Shown: positions 1 to 14,192 of the stretch, one piece after another
Numbering within the stretch: position 1 is the stretch's first letter
Layout: each line of letters begins with the position of its first letter
NCBI GenBank assembly: GCA_013265495.1
Contig: MU058213.1
Span: 62,001 to 126,000 of the forward strand
Source of the DNA: Vicugna vicugna
Lineage: Eukaryota
Reading direction: 5' to 3'
DNA length: 64,000 nt
Program-made: the position numbers and the translations under genes
The notes under the pieces: generated by a model
Told to the model about the DNA's origin: nothing
The model's input: the letters and a program-made list of their open reading frames with translations, nothing else
The model's database searches: none

Positions 1-3000
1 ACTGGATTCAATATTTAAAGTGTAAACTTCTTAAGTATGTCCCCTACTTTTGTCTTTGTATTATCCTGTTGCCTCTTCTTGACCATTTCTTTTGTTCATA
101 TCAAGCAAATCATTTCCTTCTCCTCCCCACCCCATGTTCAGCTCCAGTCCTCTTCTTCCTCATGTCTGTCTGCCTACAGACTCTTCAAAACATGTGCCCA
201 TACTTTGTCTGCTGGCAGACATGAACTAAACATGGACCTGACACTCTCACAAATTCAAGTGCACAGTCCTGAGCATATTCACTCTTTGGGGTCCCATCTC
301 CCTTTCCACTGTGAAGCATTATTGCTCACTTGAGGGCAATCATTGGTGGAGCGACCTTGCGTAGGACCAAAAGTGCATCACTGTCTCCCCTTCCAAATCA
401 CAGACTCATAGAATAATGGGGTTGAGTGTCAGCCTAACCACCCTTAGAGGGCATTTGTCATTCCAACCCTGAGTTCTCAATTTTTAATCATTACTCTCTA
501 TAAAAAATAGCCTATTTTCATCTGGGTAATATTGAACAAAATGTTAAAGCAGGCCAAAAGTCATCCTTGGTTTCCTCTTACTAGAGAATATGCCCAGAGT
601 CTCCTTGGCCTCTTTCTCTCCTTTCTCCAGCTGTATCCCCCCTACAGGTACCAGTCTTGGACTGATGGTATCCGTCCCCATAACTAGCACCACCTCCAAT
701 CTCTGCCTGTGGAAAGTTCCCTCTCATCCTCCTAGGTCCAGCTCAAATGCGACCTCCTCTGGTAGTCCTTCCTGGATATCCAGCCTGCATCTTTCTCTCT
801 TCTAAATCCCCATGACCCTTCGAGTTGCCTTTGCTATAGTACTTGGGACTTTCTACCATTGGACAGTCAGCTCCTTGAGGGCAAGATCCATGTCTGATTC
901 ATCTCTGGGTCTCCTGCAGGGCTGAGCTCGGTAAACCCCTCCCAGGCATGCAGAAAGGGCTAAGGAAGGAGTGAGGCTCGAACCATGGCCCAGTGTGCTT
1001 TGCCAGTAGGCTGGGAGAAACTTAGGCCTGGAGTCTACCTCTTCCTAGGGCTAGTCAATCCCCTTTCTTCCCCTTCTCACTCCCAACCCATTGCTAAAGG
1101 ACCTCTCTCTTTCACTGTCTTTAGCCAACTGTCATGCAGGATAGAATCCACTGGGAAGGCTTCAGCTGTTAACAGCTTAGAATGTTGCTGCTCCCAGAAG
1201 TCTTTGCACTGAATTGGGGTGGGGGAGGGAGGTACAGGGAGGGGTGAAGAAGGTAAGGGTGCAAGCCTTCACTCCCCAATGACATGTACTCATGTTAGAG
1301 GATTTAAGTATGACAGGCTGGGGAGAGAGGAATTGAGGGGGTTGAGAGGGCTGTTTCTTGACACCCCTTCAATCATATAGCCCCTTAGTATTCTGAGCTA
1401 CTTTCCTTCTCTTTCTGCCTGTGCCCCCTTTAAAAAGATACATGTCCTGGCAATAGTAGCCCTTAACTAAATAGTAACCATTCTTATTATTGTCACTAAT
1501 AAATCAAAAACATAAACAACACAAACGTAAAAACACACAGAGCCCACCCTAAACACATGAGTGCTTGGAGGTGCTAAGTAGGACATGTAGATGGATTTTG
1601 TTAGGCAGAGTTTCTGAAAGAAAGACTTTTTAAAGCATCTGCCTACCTGGTGGGGGAAACCAAATTTTGTGTGCACAGAGAATGGCCAATGACTAGAGAG
1701 AGGGCCCTTCTAGAAGACTGACAAGGGGAGTTGGTTAGATGGCAGGAGGCAGTAGGAGGGGAGAGAGGAGCCATGTTGAAGGGAGACATGATGATGAATT
1801 CAACTTTGAATTGCGGTTTTGGGTGCTGGTGGGTTAGTAAGAAGACATGTCCTCTGAAGGTCCCAGGCTGAGAATGGAGAGGTGAAGCCTAAGGTCACAG
1901 GTGAGAATGGATCTTGCAAAGCAGCAGATATGAGGGAAAGGGCAGATGCAGGATGCAGTGGGGTGTCCAAATGGAAGAGTTTGGGGAGTGTGACGATATA
2001 GTAGGAGGAGCAGAGCTTCCAGCCCTTCTAAGCTCACCAACTGCAGCAGCAAAGTCTGGAAATATAAGGCCAGGGAAGAAAATATAAGCTAGAGAAGGAG
2101 GTCATTAGAAACCTGAAGTGTGCTCTTAAAGGCAGCCTTGTTTAAAATAAATATTGACATTGTCTTTAGTTAGTAATTTCAGAAATTAACATCTTTATTA
2201 TTTTTCTGGGTTTGGGAGATATACTGAGGGCTCAATCAATGTTGAGTTGAAGTTCCCACTTGGCCCTCTCCCTGGTGCTGGATTTGCACAAATGCATCCC
2301 TTGTCTCAGGGGTATTGTAGAAACCATTGCTTTCTCCCTGTTCATCTCCCTTTAACTGCCAGCCAGGCAGTAAATCTTGTCAAATAAAATCACCTTGACG
2401 TGATTTGTGCCTCTCCTCCACCCACTATCACTAAGCTAATTGCTGCAAAATCTTAAAGGGAGACAGTAGTCCTTTCCATGAATAAAACTCTCTCCCAATG
2501 TTTTTTGAACCCAACTCTTGTTAACAGTGGTTTTCAGTGGACAGTGAGATTATGAGGAATGTTTATTTTCTTTATATTTTTTGCATTTTCCAAATATTAC
2601 TTTGACAGTTAATTTTGTTTTGAAGGAAGAAAAGTATATTGGACATGATTGGAGTTATCACTCTTAGAATGTCTTCTAAGAGAATCCCTGTAAGCCATGA
2701 AGTTCTGAGTGACATGAAAATACATCTGTATCTCTTTTAAGAAAAAATTTTCAGCTTAATATTCAAGGCTGAAATTTATTTTTTGAAAGATTTATGGGCA
2801 TAAACTCTACAAGATAAGCTTTAGGATTGCATTTCAAAATAGTTTGCTACCCTCCCACATGGCTGCTTCTCTTCCTTTCAATATAGAACATCACCCATGA
2901 ATATCAGCTCTTTAATGCGTTATAAGAAAATGTGATTTTGGAAGATTCCTTAGAGTAGAATTATAAGGGCATGATCTATGTCATATGACTAGGAAAAACT

Positions 3001-3268
3001 CAGCTAGCAGGGACTAATAGAGAAAACACATGGTTAGGATTGGCTCAAAACCATATTCAGCCACAGGAGGGGACACATGCATTGATTCACCAGGCACACT
3101 GGAGAGGGGACTATGAGAGAGGAGCTGGGGTGTGAGGAGCCAGAGAGAAAAGCCATGGGGCCACATGGAGAGAAAGGCCTGGGAATGATAGAGTTATCTG
3201 GGACCTTTTCTGCTGAAATGTTAAATGCAAGACTGAGCACACGGACCTAGGACATGAGGAAGATGGAT

Positions 3269-3836
3269 GTGGTAGGTGGTCCCCAAGATTCCAGCCCCTT
3301 GGTGCACATGCCCATATAATCCCTCACCCTTGGAGAATGAGCAGGACTTATGAATATGATGTAATTTCACTCTTGTGATTTATTTAACAGAAGGGATCTT
3401 GTAAACGAAATCAATGACCCTAATCAGTAGACTCTCAGTTAATTACAAGGAAGATCATTCTAGGTGGGCCCGAACTAATCAGCTGAATCCTTTGAGAGAG
3501 TCCAGGCCTTCCCAGAAGTCAGAATGTTTTCAAGCAGCAGAGATGCTCTTCTGTTGGCTTTCAGAAACAATCTACTGTGTTGTAGAGAGGACCACAGACA
3601 AGAAACAGCAGGTGGCCTCTAGGAACTGAAACTGAATTTGCCAACAAGCAGTGAGCTTGGAAGAGAACCCTAAGCCTCAGATGAGACTGCATCCCCAGCC
3701 AACACATTGATTTCAGTCTGAGCAGAGGACGCAGCTAACCCATACCTGGACTCGAGAGTCACATGAGATAAATTTATGTTGTTTTAAGCCACTGAGTTCG
3801 TGGTAGTTTATTACATAGGAATAGAAAGCTAATACA
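3269..3836 (+). mobile_element. MaLR solo LTR (MLT1E/F-like)
   Basis: TG...CA termini and MLT1 hallmarks GTGGCCTCTAGGAACTGA, GTGAGCTTGGAAG, TGTTGTTTTAAGCCACTGAGTT...GCTAATACA. Confidence 0.85.
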
Positions 3837-6800
3837 GTTGGTTAAGGAGGGTGCAAATGTTGAGGACGGAGAAGGATGTAAGATCTGGGGTCCTGTGAGA
3901 AGCTTGGAAGCAAGAGAGTCATTCAGTGAGAGATGCTGAAGTATGCAATCAAACAGAGAAGACTTGCCCTCCTCTTAAGGATTCCCACCTTAGGGTAGGG
4001 ATTAAATTCATGTGAGCTCAGGTGAGTGGTGCTGGCTGCAGGTCTGTGAGTTCTCCTGCCCAACAAGAGATTGGTGTACAGAAGGAAATCCAGAGGTGAG
4101 ATCTACACCCTGGGTTTCAGTCAAAGGCAAATACTTCACTTTGGTCCCATAAAACTCGGAAAGCTTATTCCCTGAAATTTAGTTAGTTTCCTAGAACTTT
4201 CTTTCATGTTGTTTACTTGCTACCAAAGGCACAAAAACAAGCTCTCCCATTTTGTGGTGAATTTTCAGTTCTTTCAGAATATTGAAAAAATAAAAGCACA
4301 GCCAGTTTATTTTTCCAGAAGAGCCAGTATTTGGTTTTTCTTTCTTCTTCATTTTAAAAAAATTTGGAAAGGGTCACACCAGTTTCTTTTGAGCTGGTGA
4401 ATCACTTCAATGTTTGAATCATTTTAAAGGTTTCAGAGGGACTATTTCCTTTATATTGGAAATAATTAAAGGTTATATAATATGCACAGGAAGGATAAAT
4501 AGCTTTAAAAAGACAACCCTCCATCTCTTTTTCTTCTACCATCTCAAGGGTCCTAAGTCTCCTATAAGAACAATAAAACATTTTTAGTTAAAAAGTTATC
4601 TTCATATGAAATTTCAAAGTTCTAGTAGATTGTGCAATAGAATTTTAAGTGCCCATTTTGTGAGAAAAGTATGGCACAGTGCTGCTGTCACCTTCACACC
4701 TGGAAACAAATTACAGGCATAACAATACAGGATGATTGTATGTGGTGTGAGGAGTCCAGACAAAGGTGTAATTGCAGAGGAGAGGAAATTGCCTAGAGAC
4801 CAGGTGACCAGCCTTGAGCCTATCTTTGAAGGAAGGGCAATCTCTCATCAGTGATGGGGACTGAAAAGGGGAGGGCTGGTATGGGGCAGGAAAAATGTGG
4901 GAAGGTTGGAGGGATCTAGGCATATTTGTGTAACAATAAATAAACTAGTTGTGTCGAAGGGGGAATTCACAGCAGGAAGTAGAGATATTTGGAAAAGCAA
5001 GCAGCTGTGGAAGGTTTTGATTACTGAGTCTAGATCTTTCCTATATGCAGTGGAAAGCCATTAAGGTCTTTTGGACCTAGCAAAAGCAAATGTTTTATGA
5101 AGATCCATGGTTGGTTGTGTTTGTCTGGATTGGTGGTAGGGAACCTATTGGGATTTTATGGTGAAAGTGATGAGGACCCAGCCAAGGCAGAGGTAAGGAG
5201 AGGAGGAGATGGCATTCAAAATATAATACACAAAATAATCAAAAGGATGTGGTGCCTCTCTAGGGAATCTATTGACGTCACAAGCCTTCAAACGTTTTGG
5301 CTGGGACCCTGTCTGTTTGGTGGGGACAAGTGGTCTCAGGCAACCTTCCTTTCTCTTTGCAGAGAAATATAATCATATGTGGGCTCACTGTAACATTTTT
5401 ACAGAGTTAGCTCATGACTAATTGAGAACTTCAGAGCTTAAAAATTAGTCACATCTGGAACAGAGCATTGTAATGGTGTGAATGGCTGCTTGCTCTGGGG
5501 CAAGTGTGAGCCAACTTTTAAAGATGCTCTGTGGGTGCAAATTGATGCAAAGAAACACTGCTCAAGCCCTAAGGTTCCACAGGCTTCCACATATCTTCTT
5601 GCTTGGCTCCCTGCTAAGCTGCCAGATTCTGGGTTGCTTCAGTTTCCTCCTTGAGAAATATGTGTAATTAGCCTTAATGCTAGTCTCATTTTCCCCCCTG
5701 CCATTTGACATCATTGCTGCCTCCACTCTTCAGCAATCATCAAACTGTGCAGTTACCCACTGCCTTGTACCTGGATTCCAGTGAAATGAAGAAGATGGAG
5801 ACACTCAGAGTAAGAGCTAATTATCTGTTGAGTACCTACAGTATACCAGGTCCTCTGCTAGAAACTAGCAGAATGTGAAGTGCTTAGCCTGGTGCCTAGT
5901 ACAGCTGGGGCTCAGTCAATGGTCACTTCCTTGCTCCTTCCTATTAAATTAGGAAGAGGGCATGAGATGGTGAGAGAAAAGGAGCCAGAAGGGAGACTGA
6001 CAAGGAGAATCCCTGTCTGGTCTGAAATGAAACATGCAAGTTCCCCCAACACTCCTGGAGCAAGAGGAGAAGCTGTCCTTCACTGACCACTTAGGAAGGA
6101 GGGAAGCCTTCCACCTCAAACTCCCAGCTCCCCTATGAGCCAGGGCCAGCACTGAGGCTTGGGGGGAACTTGGAGGGGAGGAGTGACCCCGCTACTCTGC
6201 TGCTTCTGGTCCCCACCAAGCCATCAGTCCTCTATCCTCAAATCACCCTTCTGGTCAGAGGAAAGTGTCTTAGAAAATGATCCCTCCATTTCCTTAGCTT
6301 TTCTTCCTTTGTCTTAGGGTCAGTTTCTGAATTTTTTTTTAAGATGGGGGGATTAACACTTGCTTGAATTATGCTCCAAGGAGATCTAGGTCTGAGAGCC
6401 TGGGCTCTGGCTTCCTAGTGGGCTTCTTCCTCTCTTGTGAGCCCCCAGATCCCACTGTCAGGAGCAGGGTCTCTTTTCCCCAAAATTCTCCTCAGAATGA
6501 TCCACTTGTCAGACTACTAAGTGTGAAATGGTAACATATTCAGAACCCAAAATCTTAGATGCTGGTGCAGTGGAGAAAAGAGAACCCACACTCAGGAGAC
6601 CTGGTTTTAGTGCATGTTTTGCTGTTCAGACTTCGAGAAAATCATGTCACCCACTAAGCCTTAGTCTCCTTGTCTACCATCTAGGAGTCACAAAGCTTAT
6701 CACAAAGGCTTGCTGGATTGTGGTGAGGATGGCAAGATAATTGATGCACAGCACAGCCTTGCTGATATATGGCACCTACTTGTGCTAGTTAAATGACCGA

Positions 6801-7656
6801 TCCTATTCTTCTGCCTCCTTTTTATCTCCTTTCCCAGATTCAACATTCTGGCCTTTCTTTGTTGTAGAAAGAGATGGTAAGTGCTTTCAAAGAGAAATGG
6901 TAGCCGAGGTCAACTGAGGGAGATAGTTCACCTTCCTTATGAAGATTTATCTCCTTGGCAGATGGCCTCAGATTCTCCTACTCTTATTTTTTTAATATCA
7001 GATCCTATCCCTTTTCCATTTCAGGTGCTACTCTGGAAGCTTTTAAATGTCTTCATTTCCCTTCTAAGTTCTGGTTAACCCCAAACCAGACGATGTTCTC
7101 TACGACTATCTATAGTAGGCAAAAAGATTGTTATTCAGAATAATCTTGGCATGTTGTAGAGTTCACAAAATTAAAAGTAGTACTTTTTATACTGTTTGGT
7201 AGAAGTGTTTTGTGGTTGTTTCCCCCTCAGAGGAGAGAGGCAATTAAAGATGTTTTCTAGAAAGGCAAAGCCTCAGAACAAGGCTGGGAAATGCTCTCTG
7301 GCAATGTGTTGTGGTTTGGTGTGCACAGGACACCATGAGAAAGATTTCAAGCTTGGGTCTTTCCTAAATTTCTAGTCCAAATTCCTGTTATTGTAATGCA
7401 CTGTGAGCTCTTTGAGGACAGGGACCATGTTTTAGCCATTTTTGTATCCCCAGGATAAAGCACATAGGGGCATGCAATATATTGTTGCTGAGTGAACATT
7501 TATATCAAAGATCTATGCAAATAAGGCAGCAAACTTGGAGTCATATAGAGTTCTGGGACCTGGTAACACCAGACCAGGGAATATAAGATTCCCGGATACA
7601 TGTTCTATCAGTGGACTCCTGCTGGTAAGACTCAGGGGAGCACCAACCAAAAGAAA

Positions 7657-9215
7657 AGGATTCCAAGTGTGTTGCTGGACTTCTGGTTCCAACCAAATGG
7701 AGGAAGTATATTGCATTCTGTCTCTCCCACGGATTACAACTAAACACTCTGAACAAAAAACAAAATAAAACAAAACAAAAGCAATTAACTGAGGACTCTG
7801 TAAAGTAAATAAAAGGAGGAAGACTGGGGAGAGAAATCAAAACATGAAGTATGATCAATATGGTAGCAGCAAATTTCCTGGAATTTTTATCCCGGTTGTG
7901 ACCTGTCCATGACTTCTGTACAGAGTCATGAAACTGTATAGCAATCATAGACAGCAACAACTCCAAAAAAACAGCCCATTTTTCTGGCCAAATGACCTGG
8001 AAAAGGAGACCCTGCGAGCCAAGAGAATGTGGAGAAAATCCTGTTCTTTTTTTCTCTTATCTCATCCTCAAGGCTAGATGCATCCCTAAAACTGCACTGC
8101 TACCACCATGCTAGCAGCTCAGGTGCCTAAAATCCCTGAGAGAAAACCTGTACCTCTGGATAGAAGAACTCAGAAAAGTTCACACATAACCCTGTTATGT
8201 AAAAACTACGAGGGTAATCCTCTTTTTTTTAAAAAAAACCTCTTGTCAGGTCCTGAGGGAAGGACCAGTGGCATAAAACTGTGACATCATCAGTGGCTAC
8301 AACTATGAGAAAGATCCCCATCTTTCTAGGCAGAAGACCAAGAAAAGGGGCCCCTGGGAGCTAAAGAATGTGAAGAAATTCTTGCACACAAAAGAGTGGG
8401 AAAATGGGATTCCATGTATGAATTAACACAAGTCCTGGGCTTACCTACAAGGTATACATGGCACAAACATACCCACACAGCACAGCAAAGACTTTGAAAG
8501 CTGAACTGACGGTGAAAATACTACCTGCAGAAGGTGAGACCGAACTTGCAGTCTGAACTTCACTGGTTTGTTTGCACGCTAAAACAAAACAAAAAATCAA
8601 CAGGCTCTGATTTCAGCAGGACCGAGTCTCATAACATACCATACCAAATGTCCAGGTTATAATCTAAAATTACCTAACATGATAAGAAGCAGAAAAATCT
8701 GACCAATTATCAAGGGAAAAGACAAGTCAATGTTGGAACTGCTGGAAAAAAAGATTTTTGAACCATCCTTCATTATGTAAAGGTAAACAATCTTGAAATG
8801 AATGGAAAGATAGAACTCAGTAAAGAAACAAAAAACTACTTTAAAAAAAAAGAGAGCCAAATGGAAATTTTAGAATTGAGACATACAATATCTGAAATAA
8901 AAAATTCACCAAATGGGCTTAATAGCAGAATGCAAATGACAGAAGGGTCAGTAGACTGAAAGATTAATAGAAATTATCCAATCTGAAGAACAGAGGGACA
9001 ATGTTTGAAAAATAATGAATAGAGCCTAAGAATAATGTGGGAATGATGTCAGATGGTCTGACATTCATGTCATTGGAGAAGAGAAAAAGATGGGTACAAA
9101 AAAATTGGAAAAGCTAATAGCTAAAGATTTCCCAAATTTGGTGAAAAACAAAAATTTCTGGACTCAAGTAGTAGACTCTGTAAATACCAAACAGAATGAA
9201 CTCAAAGAAAACTGA
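7657..9215 (+). mobile_element. Old L1M 5' end (monomer-repeat 5'UTR plus N-terminal ORF1 remnant)
   Basis: Starts GACTTCTGGTTCC...AATGGAGG (L1 5'-start-like). A-rich ORF1-type sequence 8700-9210 (ATGGAAATTTTAGAATTGAGA...GAAATTATCCAATCTGAAGAACAGAG...TTCCCAAATTTGGTGAAA). Confidence 0.8.
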
Positions 9216-11249
9216 ACTGAATATCCCACTCCTTCCTCTCATCTTACCCAGCAATGGCCTCCTCCTCACCTGCCTGGACCCTGAAGACATCTGTTTCTGA
9301 CCCTTGGGTGAGGGAGGAGCACATGAACATGAGTCAGACACCTGGAGATTAATCCTGGCTCACTGAGCCAAGTGTGAGACCCAGGGAAAACTATTCCCCT
9401 GCCTAGGCCTCAGTTCTTCATCTGGAGAATCTCAGGGTTGATCTGCATGGTCTTCTAACTTGCCTTCCAGCTCTAAGATATCACCCATTATCCATTCCTA
9501 AGTATAGTTTTTCTATTTAAAAATTACAACATTTATTAAAGCCTAATGCTATGAAACAAGAGACCATTTTCCTGCCAAGAGTCTCGTCACCTTTTGTAAT
9601 GGTGCAAGTGACTGAAATGGGGAAGCTCACAGAACAGAACCAAAAATGGAGTCTCATAGCAACCAGAATGGAGGTCAGCTTTCCCCAGCAGTTTCCTACA
9701 GAGCTCTTCAAGCGCTAAGGGAAACCTGGGATTCATTGCAAAAGAAAGGAAGCTCTGCAGAAAACTTTCACTCCCAATAAATGTATTTCCAGTTTCATCA
9801 TATTTTTCAGATGCTAAAGAATGGAATGGAATGCCCCCATTGCCTGACATTCCTAGTGTTATGTCAAGTCTGTTGGAAGGCATGAATTCCCCTATGTCTG
9901 TAAACACAATAACTACCATTTGTATAGCATCTTACAGTTAACAGAGCAGTTCTTGTTTCATCCTCCCAACCACCATCCTCTGAGGGAGGTGGGAGCAATC
10001 ACCTCCTGTTTGCTCAGAGAAAAGTCTGAGAGAGGTTGAGAATTTTACCCCAGACCATCCAGCACTGAACTGGAGAAAGCACCAACTGTTCTGGCATCCA
10101 ATTCCGTCCTCTTTTCCCACCACCAAGAACCAGAGGCCCTGGGCAATGCCAAAGCCAAGCTGTGAGCTACAGCTACTGGGCACAGGGCCAGTTTACCCCA
10201 CTTTAGGAGGGCAGGCTGTAGTAGATTAGATCCTCTCAGCTCATTCCTCCCAAGAGGAACACAGTGTTGTGAGTTGGCTCCGAGACGCTCTGTCCCTTTC
10301 CCATTCCCTCATCTGCCCCTAGCCAGGCTGCTTGGCTGGGGAGGCTCTCTGGTCTCAGACACAGAAAGTTCTCTATCCCCACACCCTCCATTTGATGACT
10401 CTTTTGAAAATGTCTTCCCTCCCCTCCCTCCAGCTACCTGTGAACGTGCTCGCCCTCAAGTCAAGTAGGCTTGGGGATTGGTGGTGGTTTCTTCAGGTTT
10501 TACCACTGAGAGACCTTGAAGTGCTTTGCTGCATGGCCCCCATGTCTGCTTCCACTCTGCTCTCCTCTCCATCAGGGAATTACTGTCCCCTCCCATGCCT
10601 GAACATTCATTCAGCCTCCACACTGCATTGATGTGCCCACAGGTCATCTTTTCCTCCCTGCAAGAGCCATTTTCAGCTCATTTATTCACACACTGTCCCT
10701 TCATTTTCAAGAAAAATACAAAGTAGTCTCTTTGAGTGTGATAATTCTGAGTCATTGCATACTGTCATCATTTCAGAACAAAAAGAAGTCAAAAGGTGGG
10801 TGGGTTCATTTCATCTGGCAAAGGAATAGGCATTCTCTTCTTTGTTTTACCCTTAATGACTCATTCAACCTGAATCAAAGCTGAGTAGTCTTGGCCTTGG
10901 AACAGGAATCTGGAGGGTAAAGGGAACAGAGTGTAGGCATCACATAAGCTGGGGCCGTGGGCCCAAACCCCAGGAACCATGTCCCTGTGGCATGAAGTGG
11001 GCAGAAAAGACTGTGAAAATAGAGGGGTAGGATGGTGCCATGTAAAGCCCTCGCTCATCTCTGGACCTAGTTCTTTCCTCTATAAAAACTGCTAAAGGCT
11101 TACACAAGAGTAACTTTGGAAAGGACAGGGACACGTGATTGCACTGTGACTATTTCCCTGAATCACTGCGCTTTCCTGCCTGGGCATTGGAGCCTTGATT
11201 TGGGAAAGGAGGTTTGACCCTCACCTGGCATAGGTACCTAGAAAGGTGG

Positions 11250-11670
11250 AGAGAGGAGGCTTTGCTGTCAGACTGACTTAGGTCTGGGTCCCACCTCTGC
11301 CACTTCCTGACTCTGTGACCTTGGGACAAGTACTTAATCTCTCTGAGTCTCAGTGTTCTCATTTGTAAAAAGGGAATGGTAATTCCCTCTTTTTGAGGTA
11401 GTATCCTCTTTGTGAAGATAAAATGTAACATCTGCAAAGTGCCTAGCACGATGCCTGCTGAAATCATTATTATCTCCCTGACTCACATAGAGGATGTGTA
11501 GAACAGTGGACAGTTTGGCTTGGTGGTCTTGGATAGTCATTTAATCTTCCTCAGTTTCTTCATTGGTAAAATGGAATAACATGCTTTGCGAGAGGGTTGT
11601 GAACATTAGAAATGATGGTGTAAAGAACCCAGCATAGCTCCAGTGCACTGTGGATCCTTAACTGGTGCTA
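11250..11670 (+). mobile_element. Two adjacent MIR SINEs
   Basis: MIR core CTCTGCCACTTCCTGACTCTGTGACCTTGGGACAAGTACTTAATCTCTCTGAGTCTCAGTGTTCTCATTTGTAAAA and a second core near 11540-11580. Further MIRs seen near 6.6, 15.3, 17.0, 35.9, 48.5, 50.9 and 63.1 kb. Confidence 0.8.
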
Positions 11671-12739
11671 CTGATCATTTAGGGGTTATAATTATTTACC
11701 TTAGAGGTTGCTGTCAGAGCCCAATTCCCCTAAAAAGGGGTCCCTGGGAAGATTGCAGCAGCCCTTAAATCAAAGCCAGTGTCAGAGACTGGAGACCAAC
11801 GTAGGAACACCAGTGGGTCTTGAGCCAAAGAAGGTGGGACCAGGGTGCCATCAGCTGGGACCAGTACCCAGAAGTGGGGGCTGAGTGCTCAGACAGCACA
11901 TGGCTCCTGGAAGGAGACTTGCCCCCCCACCCCAGGGCCGGAGAGGCTACTCCACACACCCAATTTTTGCAGCTGTGTCTACCACAGTTTGGGGCTCAAG
12001 AAGTCTTACTAATGGGTCCACAGGCCTCACTCACAATGCAGGTGGCCAGGCAGGGTTCTGCAGGGGCCTAGAACTAGTGAAGCAACACCCTGGGACAACA
12101 GCTCTCATCATAGGGACCTGAGTCACTGCAAAAGACCTACAAGCATAAGCAATCCTTTGGGGGAAGGAGGACCTTTTGTCTTTTTCCTGGTGGAAGCTGG
12201 GATCTCAGGTTTTGGTCATGCTGAGATGTCTGGTGGTCCATAGACCCCTTGAGGTTCCAACACAAGTGGCCTTGGGATACATGAAGAACTCTGTACCACT
12301 CTGAAAGAGCAATGAGATTTATCTCCCCAGTCCCTCCCTTCATTAAACGTTTTAATTGCATCCACTGGAGAACCAGCTGTTTTTGGCTCTCCCGGGAAAA
12401 CCACAACCAAAGCACCTGCTAAAACCACTCCATGCTCTGCCTCAGTACTCCTACCTGCTTTATTGTTCAGCCTGGAATGTCCTCTCCATTCACCAAAGTC
12501 TTACCCATACACGAGGCCCAGCACCAGTCCCAACACTTCCAGGAAGCCCTCTGACACCTTTCTAGCCCATGACAGTTATCCCTTCCTTAAAACCTGTGGT
12601 CATGCCAGCATTTTCTTTCTAGACAGCTCTGATTCCATGGCTTTGTTTGTTAGCATCTCTCTTTTGTTATTTTACCTTTTTTTGGTTATGAATGTTAGTT
12701 TCCTCTGTCTTTCTAGTTTCTTACTTCCAACTAGTCACC

Positions 12740-13473
12740 AAAGACTGTTGGTTGTGCCACTCAGAAATATCTGAAATCCATCAACTTCTCTCTACTTCTT
12801 GGCCATTTCTAGTTCAGGTCACCATCACAGCAACAGCCTCCTACATGGCTCCCTGCATCTGAACCTGCCCCTCCAATCCATTCTCCACTCTGAGGCTAGA
12901 GGACTCTTTCTACAATACAGATCTGCCTCAAGCACTTTATCCTACTGGCCTTGAGATAAAATATAAACTCTCCAACAGGCCTTTCAAACTCCTTCATTTA
13001 CTGGTCCCTGCCCACTTTTGCAGTCACATTTCTCAACATTCCCCACCACTGACACTGAGGCCTGTCTCACCCTGGTCATGATGAAGCCCTCTCAGCTCCT
13101 CACACACTCCTTTGGATATTCTATCTGGGACAGTCTTCCTTCCCACCCTCCATGCCCATGCACAGCACTCCCTTGGCCTGCACACCCCCAGTCTTCAGGT
13201 CTCCACTTCAGTGTTATCTCAGCCACTAAGCCTCAACCCTTCCCCCAACATCCCAGTCCAGGTGACATACCTGGAGTACCTTGTCCCCCCCACATCATGG
13301 CACTTTTATCCCATTTTGTAATTGCCTGTTTTACTGGTCTCTGTCCTCCACTAGATGATAAGCAATTTCAGAGCAGGAGCCACGTCTGCACAGTTTACTA
13401 TTCTATCACCAGTGCTGGGCCCAGTGTCTACCTTTAGCAGACTCTCAAGAAATAATTTTATAATGAATGAATG
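12740..13473 (+). mobile_element. L2 fragment
   Basis: CCCCTCCAATCCATTCTCCAC core, ending in a GAATGAATGAA tail. Confidence 0.75.
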
Positions 13474-14192
13474 AAAAGAAGAATGAATTTGTACATCCGA
13501 ATCTTCAAGGACAGCAACCATTTCTTATGCTGCTCCTTTAAAATCTCGCTCAGGACTCTATGCATTCTTGATACAAAGGAAAGGAGGTCATTATTTACTG
13601 TGAGTAAAATAGTCCTGTTATTTAAATAGCATGCTCCCCTATTTCTTGATGTTTCCCTCTCTCCAGACTGAAGGCTTTTTGAACTGCACACTAGCAAGAA
13701 TACGGCTGGTAACACAGTGACCTATATCTGCCTACAGGGGTGCTGGACAAGCAGGGTCCCCAGCCAAGACTGGGAGGCTCACAGAATTCAAGGCCTCTGG
13801 AACCTGAATGGGCTGTTCCTCGAGGAGGAGCAGAAAAGGCCTTGATAAGTGTCCAGAAACTCACTTCTAGTCCTGCTCCTTCATTAGTCAAATATGGGAT
13901 GATGGGCAAATCACTTAGCTTCTCTGGAGTTCAGTTTCCTCATTGGTAAAATGTGGTAAGGGGGAAGGGCCAATAATGTGTCTTCACTTACAGCTATGAG
14001 TTACCATTCTATGAGAAAACATGTTACCGCATTACCACCAGAGGTGAAGAAGAATCAAGCTGTTTCCAACCTAAAGATCAGGACACCTGTACCACTTCAA
14101 ACAATGTAAGTGTTTTGTAATCATAATCCCATCCATTATATGAGGCTTTAAATTTGGTAGTGAGTTTTCATAATTTTTTTTCTTTTGAGAAC

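Noticed and set aside
1164..1177. 14-bp perfect palindrome AGCTGTTAACAGCT and other short hairpins or micro-duplications (about 2750, 23460, 39200, 43670, 44270)
   Set aside because: Expected by chance or slippage in 64 kb; no supporting context.
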